From assembly GCA_021787535.1 (NCBI GenBank), contig JAJYLR010000004.1:1-60418 (forward strand): a stretch of DNA of 60,418 bases, read 5' to 3'. Below are positions 17,952 to 26,367 of the stretch, in pieces (the stretch's first letter is position 1; every line of letters begins with the position of its first letter). Below the pieces are notes generated by a model that worked only from the letters and a program-made list of their open reading frames with translations, was not told the DNA's origin and ran no database searches. The stretch is from a bacterium (GTDB lineage: Bacteria > Patescibacteriota > CPR2 > UBA1875 > JAJYID01). The translations under genes were made by a program, and so were the position numbers.

Positions 17952-19265
17952 ATGAAACTCTCGAATTACAACATCATAACAGACACGACCAATGGGAAAG
18001 TTCTCTACAACACCATGTACAAGAATATCGCCGAGATTTCACTCAAAGAGCACAAAATGCTCACGAGTATGGCAAAAAATGGTTTTATTGTATCAGGCGA
18101 AGACGAATCTAATTTGCTCAAGCTTCTAGCTGAGCAGATGTTCGTCGTCGATGACGATCTTGACGAACTTGCACATTTCAAGCTTGCATGGAACAGAAGC
18201 CTCTACTCGTCTAGCATTATTCGACATACCGTACTACCGAATCTTGCATGCAACCTGGACTGTCCGTACTGCTTCGAGAACAAAACAGGAAAGTTCATGA
18301 GCAGAGAAACCGAACATAACTATCTTGCATGGCTTGAGCCACAGCTCGCGGATGCAAAATATCTTTACTTGTCATGGTTTGGTGGCGAGCCCCTACTTTC
18401 GAAGGGTACGATCGAGCGCATCACAGAGAGCATTTTACGCATGGAAAAACAGTATGGGTTTGAGTATGCCGCGAATATTGTAACAAACGGCGTACTGCTG
18501 GATGAGAAGTTCATCCAGAAAGCTGAGGCGCTACGTATCAAGAGTGTGCAAGTAACTCTTGATGGTGACAAGGATGTCCACAATGCCTATCGTTTCACCA
18601 AGGGCTCGGGCGCGGGAACTTTCGACACTATTCTGGAGAACATGGCGAGTTTCTGCAGGAATAGTGACTCCGATGTCGCATCAAGTGTACGAGTGAATGT
18701 GACGGATGAAAACTACCAGAGCATATCTGCGTTACTCGAAAAGATACCCGCCGTCATGAAGGAGAAATGTGTCCTGCTGTTCCGATGGGTCTACTCTCAT
18801 TCCGACGGAAGAAACCCCGGGAAGGAGTTCTCAAGGAAGATGAAGGGGGTATCTCCTATCTCAAACCTTCTACCACTCTATGAGCTTGCGGAAGAAATGG
18901 GCTTCACGACGAACTCATTTGATGAGGGACTCACCTACAACTTCTGTGAGTGTGATTTTGATAAGGCCTTCTTAATTGACCAGGACGGCGACCTGTTCAT
19001 GTGTTCACATAGCATGGATAAGAAGGAATCTGTCGGTAACGTCCGTAGTGGATTTTCATCCCAAAGAGACCTTTCAAGATACGCAAGGTTCGTGAACACA
19101 ACTCCATTCGACGACGAAGAATGTCTCGAATGTATTATCTTACCTCTGTGCAAGGGGGGCTGCAGAAAAGCACGTTATCTCGGTACAAAAGTGTGTTCTG
19201 ACGTACTTTTGGATATAACGGGATACGTCCTTCAGAAGTATCGGAAGACACAGCTACTCACGTAG
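17952..19265 (+). CDS. Radical SAM/SPASM peptide-modifying enzyme
   Basis: GAGGTAAGG SD + ATG 17952; 'CNLDCPYCFE' CxxxCxxC; C-terminal SPASM 'CLECIILPLCKGGCRK'; N-terminal 'LSNYNII...GKVLYNT' typical of peptide maturases. Confidence 0.85.
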   Translation: MKLSNYNIITDTTNGKVLYNTMYKNIAEISLKEHKMLTSMAKNGFIVSGEDESNLLKLLAEQMFVVDDDLDELAHFKLAWNRSLYSSSIIRHTVLPNLACNLDCPYCFENKTGKFMSRETEHNYLAWLEPQLADAKYLYLSWFGGEPLLSKGTIERITESILRMEKQYGFEYAANIVTNGVLLDEKFIQKAEALRIKSVQVTLDGDKDVHNAYRFTKGSGAGTFDTILENMASFCRNSDSDVASSVRVNVTDENYQSISALLEKIPAVMKEKCVLLFRWVYSHSDGRNPGKEFSRKMKGVSPISNLLPLYELAEEMGFTTNSFDEGLTYNFCECDFDKAFLIDQDGDLFMCSHSMDKKESVGNVRSGFSSQRDLSRYARFVNTTPFDDEECLECIILPLCKGGCRKARYLGTKVCSDVLLDITGYVLQKYRKTQLLT

Positions 19266-19317
19266 TAGCAGGTGAGAATGTAAAAATGTCTATGTATTCT
19301 AGGAGGAGGTGATATAG

Positions 19318-19476
19318 ATGAAAACACTTCAGACGATGACAAGCAGCCAGAACTTTATCAGCGCGGCCAAGGTCACGACGGAAAACCTCCCAACTGGAGA
19401 ATCAATTTCCAAGGCCGTCACTATGGGTAAAAAGATCTGCTGCGGCTCATCCTACAAAGAGCAGGCCAACAAGTAG
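19318..19476 (+). CDS. 52-aa candidate RiPP precursor peptide (unannotated in track)
   Basis: AGGAGGAGG SD 8 nt before ATG; MKTLQTMTSSQNFISAAKVTTENLPTGESISKAVTMGKKICCGSSYKEQANK; 52 nt after the maturase stop; terminator follows. Confidence 0.55.
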   Translation: MKTLQTMTSSQNFISAAKVTTENLPTGESISKAVTMGKKICCGSSYKEQANK

Positions 19477-19525
19477 ACCTGCGCCGGGTGATACCCACCG
19501 ATTTATAAACCCAAATCGTTAAAAC

Positions 19526-19560
19526 AAGACCGCCCCTCCAAGGGCGGTCTTCTCTTTTCT
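19526..19560 (+). terminator. Intrinsic terminator of the rSAM-peptide cassette
   Basis: aagaccgccc/gggcggtctt 10-bp stem, then a T-rich tract. Confidence 0.65.
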
Positions 19561-19749
19561 AAAATTTAATTTCTATCTGCGAGAAAAAACTTAGTCAAGC
19601 AATGATGTTTTCTTGGTAGACCAAGTGCTACAGTATTCGAACCTTGATCTACGCGGGGACATCTACGCATTAAAGCGGGTTGAGAAGCAGTTTAAGAAGA
19701 TTTTGATGTCATAATGGTGGACTCTGTAGTGGCTTAACCGAGCTTTTTT

Positions 19750-21879
19750 TTATTCTAAATCATCTTGGGAAGCGGTAAAGAGTTTCGTTGCTTGGTCCGT
19801 TTCTCTAGATAAATCGATAATCATCGGCATATTAGATTTAACAGCCTTGCCAGCTACCACGGCGTGATATTGTTTAAGATTTGGTAAAGCCTTAACCATG
19901 TCTTTTCCGACGTAATTACCTAAGAACGTAAAGCTTGTTTCATCAAACGCCTGAAAGCAAATCACAGTATTGCACTGAGTAAGAACCGTTTTCGAAACAT
20001 TTGCTGTTCTTTGAGCAATTACTAAGAAACCAACGCCATACTTTCTGCCCTGAAGGGCAATCTGTCCTATCTTGCTTACCAGTCCTTTATTGCTAGAATA
20101 ATCCCCTAAGTCGCCCAAAAATGAAGTCTCGGGAACAACAGTGTGTGCCTCCTCAAGAACAATACAAAACTTCCTCTTCTGATTTTGTTTTGCATATATG
20201 AAAATTCCTTCCAGAAACAATTGAGTAAATTCTAGAACGAAAGATGTGTTGGATAAATCGGGTAGTTCAAAGATTGCTATGTTGTTTTTAGAACTTGCGA
20301 ACGCCTCTATATGTTCGTTTAGCTTCTCCTGGATTTGCCTCTTGTACTTAAGCACTTCGGCCGATTTCTTCCCAGCAGCCTCTTTTTTAGCAATTTTTTC
20401 TTCGACCACTGGGAGAGCCTCAGGTTTTATAAGTGGTTCCGGAGATAAATCGGACAAGATGTCCTTCCACTCTCCAGTTAAATCAACGCAAATGATTTTC
20501 GTATCGCAACTCAGTTTCTTCACGATTTCATGGGCCAAAAAGGTTTTTCCCGAACCTGTCACACCCAGTAATGCTAAGTGATGGCTCACTGCCTCACTCA
20601 AATTCATGACTGATGGTAAAGACGTTCCAGGAATGGTGCCAATTTCGTATAAAGGATACGAAAATTTGCCTACAGAGATTTTTGATGTATTTGCTTTGAA
20701 CAGCGCGGTATTTATTGAAGGGACCCATCCGAACTTTTGGAATGACAACATATCATTTTGCCATTCTCCTAATTGTATTGCCTCTCCCTCGATGAAGCTG
20801 GATTCGTTCATGGCTTCAAGTTTCTCTTTTTCCGTACTGCCGCTTATTACTTGATAATAGAGCGTCTTATTTGCAACTCTTAGTTCAAGTAAGTCCCCTT
20901 CCTGCAGGTCATCTTTCTTCTTAGAGTACTCGAACTTGATGTTTCCGATGGTCGATCCCTCGATAATTACCCCTACAAGGTCATCAAGCTTTAATTGCTT
21001 ACTGGTTTCATTAATTTCCGAGGTTTCGGTAATTTTATAAACGATATTCTTTTCCAGCTTCGTAATTTCTTTCTTAGGGTTAGATAATTGGAGGATTTTT
21101 GCCCATTTTTCCTGATTCAGAAGATAGGTATCAAAAACTATACCGGTAATCACAAGGTCATCGGCATCCTGCATGGAATATCTAAATTTGACCATATCGT
21201 ACTTCTTGATATTCTTCCTATCTTCGAAGAGTTTTACTAGAAATATCCTTTTCGATTGCACCCCGAAGATTTCTCCGATTTGATTCTTATTGTCCTGCCG
21301 CGTCAGTACCGAAAACTTCCCATGAATTTTTTTTGGATTTATGGTGAGAATGAAGAACCACAAGACAAAGAACGACAACGAATAAAAGTCCTGCAGTGAA
21401 TAGAAAGTGACTATAAAATATAGAAAAACAGCAGAATAAAGTACTCTACCCTGACCGAAAATAACAACAACGTTCTTCAAACTAGTTGACGTTTTGTTCT
21501 TCCAATGTTCCGGACTTTTATCTTTGTCATCAAGCGAGAGGGCAATTATTGACGTCACCAGAAGCAAAACTAACGCCACAATCGCTCCGACCCATATCTT
21601 TCCATTTTCAAATGAGCTTTGAATCGCGAGGAGCACCAACAGAAGTGGTATAACGTTAGTTATCACGTTTTTGGGAGAAGTATAGAACGGTTCAATAAAT
21701 AGCAATGAAAATAGCACCATAAAAATGCCTGAATAGAACCATAGGTCCTTCATTTCCGTGCTTGGCAAGATTTCGCCATAGAATAAAAGTTGCAACGCAA
21801 CAAAAAGGGAGAAAAATATTCCGAATATCACGAACCTATTTCTCACCAAGATAGTCAAATTGTTTGAATGCTTTTTCAT
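19750..21879 (-). CDS. Membrane-anchored HerA/DUF87-family P-loop ATPase
   Basis: About 5-6 hydrophobic helices in the first about 185 aa; 'LLGVTGSGKTF' Walker A, 'FCIVLEEAH' Walker B, 'LQGRKYGVGFLVIAQR'. Confidence 0.75.
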   Translation of the reverse strand: MKKHSNNLTILVRNRFVIFGIFFSLFVALQLLFYGEILPSTEMKDLWFYSGIFMVLFSLLFIEPFYTSPKNVITNVIPLLLVLLAIQSSFENGKIWVGAIVALVLLLVTSIIALSLDDKDKSPEHWKNKTSTSLKNVVVIFGQGRVLYSAVFLYFIVTFYSLQDFYSLSFFVLWFFILTINPKKIHGKFSVLTRQDNKNQIGEIFGVQSKRIFLVKLFEDRKNIKKYDMVKFRYSMQDADDLVITGIVFDTYLLNQEKWAKILQLSNPKKEITKLEKNIVYKITETSEINETSKQLKLDDLVGVIIEGSTIGNIKFEYSKKKDDLQEGDLLELRVANKTLYYQVISGSTEKEKLEAMNESSFIEGEAIQLGEWQNDMLSFQKFGWVPSINTALFKANTSKISVGKFSYPLYEIGTIPGTSLPSVMNLSEAVSHHLALLGVTGSGKTFLAHEIVKKLSCDTKIICVDLTGEWKDILSDLSPEPLIKPEALPVVEEKIAKKEAAGKKSAEVLKYKRQIQEKLNEHIEAFASSKNNIAIFELPDLSNTSFVLEFTQLFLEGIFIYAKQNQKRKFCIVLEEAHTVVPETSFLGDLGDYSSNKGLVSKIGQIALQGRKYGVGFLVIAQRTANVSKTVLTQCNTVICFQAFDETSFTFLGNYVGKDMVKALPNLKQYHAVVAGKAVKSNMPMIIDLSRETDQATKLFTASQDDLE

Positions 21880-21885
21880 AAATAT

Positions 21886-22722
21886 CTATTGGTTTTTGGC
21901 AACTTGATAGATTGCCAATTTTAAGACCTGCCAGCACAACTTCGCTGTATGCTCGTCCGGATTAAACTTGTGGCTTGCTTGCTGATACGGATGTATGTAA
22001 TTGCGGAAGTCTCGCAATACATGACTAAATTTTCTTACATCCTCATTAATTATCTCTGTTTCCTTAGCCACGTCTATAAAATTACTGAGCGTCCATTCAT
22101 GAAACTGTAAAACCTTCCCTTCTTTTCTTGGGCTTGCCTTAGCTTGATTAAACTTACGAGGATGGTTTAATGCTACGCCGAGCAAGATACCCTCAAGAGT
22201 GCTTCCACATAGGAAGATGCAAGCAAGGGAAGCTTTCGAATTCAAACATTTCTTTATTTCTTGAAGGCGCTGATTGAGTATGTCCGTGATTGCTCCATTT
22301 AGCTTTAGGGAGCTGACTGACACTTCTTTGAATTCCTTCTTTATGAACTCGTCTTCTGTCACCCCTTCTTCAACCTGGGTTTCACCGGAAATGCGTGTGG
22401 CAATCTTTAAGCATTCCTCATATAAGGCTTCCTCATTATTTTTCACTTCTTGGTCGCTTAGTAAGGTTTCCGTCCGCCAGCATTCCAATAAATCCTTTAA
22501 TACTTTGCCTACAATGCTATCCGGTTCTATTGACCATAGGGCACGTAATCTATTGGCCTTGGAGCCACTGCTGTAATCGTATTTATCATCCCAAATGTCA
22601 ACCCCAACGCTATCATAAATAAACTCACCAAAGGATTGATTATTAAAATCCAATACATATCCACTAGACATACCTAAGAGCTTCTCTAATTTAATCTTGT
22701 CAATATTGGTCAGTGTTGACAT
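21886..22722 (-). CDS. Abi-like protein with C-terminal HEPN-type motif
   Basis: 'HVLRDFRNYIHPYQ' (R-x6-H); N-terminal 'SGYVLDFNNQSFGEFI...GSKANRLRALW'; ends 6 nt before the ATPase gene. Confidence 0.5.
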   Translation of the reverse strand: MSTLTNIDKIKLEKLLGMSSGYVLDFNNQSFGEFIYDSVGVDIWDDKYDYSSGSKANRLRALWSIEPDSIVGKVLKDLLECWRTETLLSDQEVKNNEEALYEECLKIATRISGETQVEEGVTEDEFIKKEFKEVSVSSLKLNGAITDILNQRLQEIKKCLNSKASLACIFLCGSTLEGILLGVALNHPRKFNQAKASPRKEGKVLQFHEWTLSNFIDVAKETEIINEDVRKFSHVLRDFRNYIHPYQQASHKFNPDEHTAKLCWQVLKLAIYQVAKNQ

Positions 22723-22951
22723 ATTTCTACCATCTTTATTTAGTTGCTATTTTACCATTATTTTGTTTGTGCCGTAACATCTAAATGACAACATTCTCTG
22801 GATGTGTTTTGGATTGGGCTGCATTCCTGAAAATGGTCCGCAGGAAATGTATACGACTTCTGCTGAGCATAGATACAACCAAAGTATTATTGAAATCAGT
22901 GCAAGACATGGTAAGCTTTTCGAACCCCATTGTCACTGTTTCCACTACGGA

Positions 22952-22979
22952 AAAGACCGCCTTTTGGCGGTCTTTTTTT
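22952..22979 (-). terminator. Intrinsic terminator after the methyltransferase gene
   Basis: aaagaccgcc/ggcggtcttt 10-bp stem, tttt loop, T tracts on both strands. Confidence 0.6.
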
Positions 22980-24156
22980 ACTTTAAGAACAAAGCTGGTT
23001 GGGGTTGTTTGATATAGGAGTTTCGGAAATCAAGTAAAAATTCGATGTGGGAAGTCCGGTTGTATCGCGATGTCTTGAGAGTTGAGGCCGCTTTCTGTGT
23101 TTGTTGTTTATGGCGAAAGATCGCCTCGCCTGCCATAACGCCTAGGCCAACGGGAACTGCGTTTCCAATTTGTTTGTAGATGTTGGTTAGGTTTCCTGAG
23201 AACTTCCAATCATCAGGAAACATCTGAATTCGAGCATATTCCTGAACACTCAGGGGGCGCATTTCCTCGGGATGGGCTAAAAGCGTTGCAGGCATCGTTG
23301 GATGAGTGACGAGAGTAGGTGATGGTTTATCCCACGAAAGCCGGCGATAGAAACCAGTTTTTCCTCCCCCCAATCTATAAGACTTACCCATTGCCTCCTC
23401 ATGCAAATGTTTCGGTAAATGTTTCCAGTACTGCCCTGCTTTTATAAACGCGAGATATTTGGTCTGTCTCTTGCTTAAAGGCAAGTAGTCATGGTGCCTA
23501 TCCTGAATATCGCCCACAGCGTCCCGGAAGGTTCTGAGGTTTAGGGCTGTTGTTGGTTGAGGTATCTCGATCTCATCGCCGTCTAGGGCGCCAAATATGA
23601 TTACCCGTTCCCTTCTTTGTGGCACTCCATACAATGATGCGTCAAATAGACTAAATGAAACTTTATATCCCAATTTTTTGAATTCCTCGGTGAGAAACCA
23701 CACTACACTGCCAGGTAAATCTTCGATAAGGCCGTAGTCACCGAATTCAGGAGGAGTATTAGCTAACTTCGCAGACAACAGACCTCTAACATTTTCAAGG
23801 ATAAAATACTTCGGCTTTATTTCCTTTATAAATTCCAAATAACGGATTATCAGATTACCGCGGAAGTCTTCCAAGCTTCTTCTTCTTCCCGCCGTACTAA
23901 ACGCTTGGCATGGCGGCCCACCTGCGACCAAATCAATACTGCCTTTCTTCATTCGCAGATCGCTAAGTATCTTGGAGGGTTCTGTTTGTCCAATATCGTC
24001 GTAAATTCTTACTTTTGGCCGGTTCGTAGTAATCGTGTTAATACAATGTTTGTCGTTCTCCACGCACGCAAGAATTTCAAAACCGGATGCCTCTAGCCCA
24101 AGATCGAGTCCCATTGCACCTGAAAATAGAGATAAAGCTTTTAGCTTTTTTCGCAT
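22978..24156 (-). CDS. dcm: DNA (cytosine-5)-methyltransferase
   Basis: Motifs I 'LSLFSGAMGLDLG', IV 'GGPPCQAFS', VI 'ENVRGL', VIII 'QRRERV', X 'GNAVP'. ATG 24156 overlaps the upstream TAA by 1 nt. Confidence 0.9.
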   Translation of the reverse strand: MRKKLKALSLFSGAMGLDLGLEASGFEILACVENDKHCINTITTNRPKVRIYDDIGQTEPSKILSDLRMKKGSIDLVAGGPPCQAFSTAGRRRSLEDFRGNLIIRYLEFIKEIKPKYFILENVRGLLSAKLANTPPEFGDYGLIEDLPGSVVWFLTEEFKKLGYKVSFSLFDASLYGVPQRRERVIIFGALDGDEIEIPQPTTALNLRTFRDAVGDIQDRHHDYLPLSKRQTKYLAFIKAGQYWKHLPKHLHEEAMGKSYRLGGGKTGFYRRLSWDKPSPTLVTHPTMPATLLAHPEEMRPLSVQEYARIQMFPDDWKFSGNLTNIYKQIGNAVPVGLGVMAGEAIFRHKQQTQKAASTLKTSRYNRTSHIEFLLDFRNSYIKQPQPALFLK

Positions 24157-25148
24157 TAGATATAATTCTCCAACATGTCGTCGATTGAACCGCTCGGTGA
24201 TTTCGCTTCCCACTGTTCGACCAACTCAATTATCTTATTCTCTATAAGGTCAATAAAGCTTTCAGAAAGTATCCCCGAAGAAGAAGCTTCAAGTAGTGAA
24301 AATAGAACCTTGTGGTAATTTTCCCGCTCACTGATGAAGTCCCAAAATTCCCTGCCAATCTTCATTTTGGTATCAGCGTCCCTGAGGTTTGCCGTAATCT
24401 GGTTTGAGATCCTTTCTCGTTTCCCATATGTCATGCCGAGGATTCCTTCGACATTGTCCCTATCCCTCTCAATCCGTTCAATTGCTCGGTTGAGACTGGT
24501 GACCATACCTACATTCATGGTATTTGGCCCACTTTTTACCTGAATATAGTAATCTGTTTCGCCGAGTGATTTGATCAGGTCAAAATTAGTGCCAGTCTGG
24601 CCTTCAATGGCGACGTCGTTGTCTTTACACCCCGAGTACTTAGCCATTGTCTCGACTGCATTGCCCCAGGATGTGACCACTGAACGCGTCACTGTCTGAT
24701 AAACATTGAATGCAATCACCTTGCCAGGTGTATCGAGAGTGAGAGCTTTAGCTAACAGCGGGTTAATATCGAAGTTATCTAGGGATAAGCCTTCAACCAT
24801 TATTGCTTGTTCCTGAAGGAACTTCCGGCCCAAGTAAAAAACCCAAGCTTCTTCAATTGGCCTGCCTTTGGGTATTGGCTCTTTAGCTGTTAGCAGGTCA
24901 TCAATTTGAGCTTCCCGCAATAAAGGAGCCCCGGAAGTTTTCTTGATCCTCGCAAAACGCTCTTTATCAGCTTGCAAAAAGGCCTGAAGGTCATGTTCAA
25001 AATCCACCGCGATTGCGCCCGCCGTGGCTGGTCCAATTCCAGAGACGTTCGAGCATACAACGACAAAAAATTGCTCGATGTTATCATCTTGCCCCTCGAT
25101 TAGATGCTCATCTGGGACTTGGAAGCCGTCTAGTCTTGGATCAGGCAT
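24156..25148 (-). CDS. Type II restriction endonuclease (specificity unknown)
   Basis: Translationally coupled to the m5C methyltransferase gene; 'NFDLI...YIQVKSGPNT' PD-(D/E)xK-like core; N-terminal HhH-like 'VSGIGPATAGAI'. Confidence 0.55.
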   Translation of the reverse strand: MPDPRLDGFQVPDEHLIEGQDDNIEQFFVVVCSNVSGIGPATAGAIAVDFEHDLQAFLQADKERFARIKKTSGAPLLREAQIDDLLTAKEPIPKGRPIEEAWVFYLGRKFLQEQAIMVEGLSLDNFDINPLLAKALTLDTPGKVIAFNVYQTVTRSVVTSWGNAVETMAKYSGCKDNDVAIEGQTGTNFDLIKSLGETDYYIQVKSGPNTMNVGMVTSLNRAIERIERDRDNVEGILGMTYGKRERISNQITANLRDADTKMKIGREFWDFISERENYHKVLFSLLEASSSGILSESFIDLIENKIIELVEQWEAKSPSGSIDDMLENYI

Positions 25149-25214
25149 TTACTCCTTTCGTTCCTTATTTCTTCTCCCCTAATATACCTTAAAAATTAGT
25201 TGATAAAAATATTT

Positions 25215-25655
25215 TTATTTGTTAGTTAATCGGGAGGCGATTGCCTCTTTAACTTTTGCCACACAAAATTCAAGTTCTTTATTGATCTCATTATCAGAAA
25301 ACCTTAATACAAGCCAGCCATTGTTTGAAAGCTCTTCGTTCACTTTCTTGTCCCTGGCCATATTCCTTTCAATCTTCTTAATCCAAAAATCCCGGTTGGT
25401 TTTAATCTTCTTCTTCTTTTCCGACCAATCAAGGCCGTGCCAGAAAGTGCTGTCACAAAAGACTGCGACCCTGGGGCCAATGAAAACGATATCCGGGGTT
25501 CCTTTACAGCCCCGATAATTCTTCCTATATCGGAAGCCCTCGGCCCAAAGTGCCTTCCTCAATCTCAACTCAATCGAGGTATCTCGGCCCCGTATACGCG
25601 ACATCGTATAACTGACAACGGACGGATCTTTTTCTTTCTTTGCTTTGCTTGCCAT
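25215..25655 (-). CDS. vsr: Very-short-patch repair endonuclease
   Basis: 'SRIRGRDTSIELRLRKAL', 'GTPDIVFIGPRVAVFCDSTFWHG'; ATG at 25655. Confidence 0.85.
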   Translation of the reverse strand: MASKAKKEKDPSVVSYTMSRIRGRDTSIELRLRKALWAEGFRYRKNYRGCKGTPDIVFIGPRVAVFCDSTFWHGLDWSEKKKKIKTNRDFWIKKIERNMARDKKVNEELSNNGWLVLRFSDNEINKELEFCVAKVKEAIASRLTNK

Positions 25656-25824
25656 TATTCTTTGACAGAAAATCAGGCCCGATGATAGATTATCCGTTTG
25701 ATGGGCCAATCTGACTATCTTGGTCTTGAAAGCGATCTGGCCGACTAATCATATCGCTTTTAGCCCAAAAGCTCATCTTCTAGTTCGTTTCTGCTCCAAA
25801 TAGTGAAAGGAAGGGAACAGCCCC

Positions 25825-26367
25825 ATGTCTTTTACCTCGTTTTTCGTGATCTTGATTATCGCCCTGGTCGTAATTGCCGTGCTCAGAATGAGCAGTAGGC
25901 CAAAAGAGGAAAACGTCGTTCAGAGATGGGGCGCCTATCTTCCGGGGAAGAAAGAAGCCGGTGAGGAATATTTGGAAATGGCTGAAAAAGAATTCGCCAG
26001 TCGAAATACAGATTTACGCCATGAGAGAATCTATTTCAAACTGGCCAGCAAAGAAGGCCCTGCATTAAGAATCATACACAGTCCGACTTATTCGAGCTAC
26101 ATCGCCTATGACACAACTGGCGATGACCTCTTCCTTCATTACGTTCTTTACAGAAGAGGCGATTTTCTTTATGCAATCCCAATGGTCGGTTGGCTGTTTT
26201 TCCGGCTGTTTCACAACGTTTTCGTCCATGACCATAACAAGCTCATCGGCTTTGCCTCAATGACGATTGACTGTGCCAAGGAAGCCGCCGGAGACCTCAT
26301 GGACAAGTTCAATATGGACAGGACGAAGGGAATCAGGCCGTCCAGCGGAAAGCTGGGTGCGCTTTAA
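25825..26367 (+). CDS. Hypothetical membrane-anchored protein
   Basis: N-terminal TM helix plus a second hydrophobic segment; 4-nt convergent overlap with the T4CP-like gene. Confidence 0.5.
   Translation: MSFTSFFVILIIALVVIAVLRMSSRPKEENVVQRWGAYLPGKKEAGEEYLEMAEKEFASRNTDLRHERIYFKLASKEGPALRIIHSPTYSSYIAYDTTGDDLFLHYVLYRRGDFLYAIPMVGWLFFRLFHNVFVHDHNKLIGFASMTIDCAKEAAGDLMDKFNMDRTKGIRPSSGKLGAL

Noticed and set aside
19614-19643. tRNA-like 3' fragment 'tggtagaccaagtgctacagtattcgaacc' as a possible left att site of the island.
   Set aside because: It resembles tRNA-Glu only at 'tggtag' and 'cgaacc'. The T-stem halves do not pair, and 'cttggtagaccaag' is simply a local palindrome. This is not convincing as an att duplicate.
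22785-23017. Two overlapping plus-strand ORFs (75 and 71 aa) between the HEPN-like gene and dcm.
   Set aside because: They span the promoter region and terminator hairpin and run into the dcm 3' end. There is no SD and no motifs.
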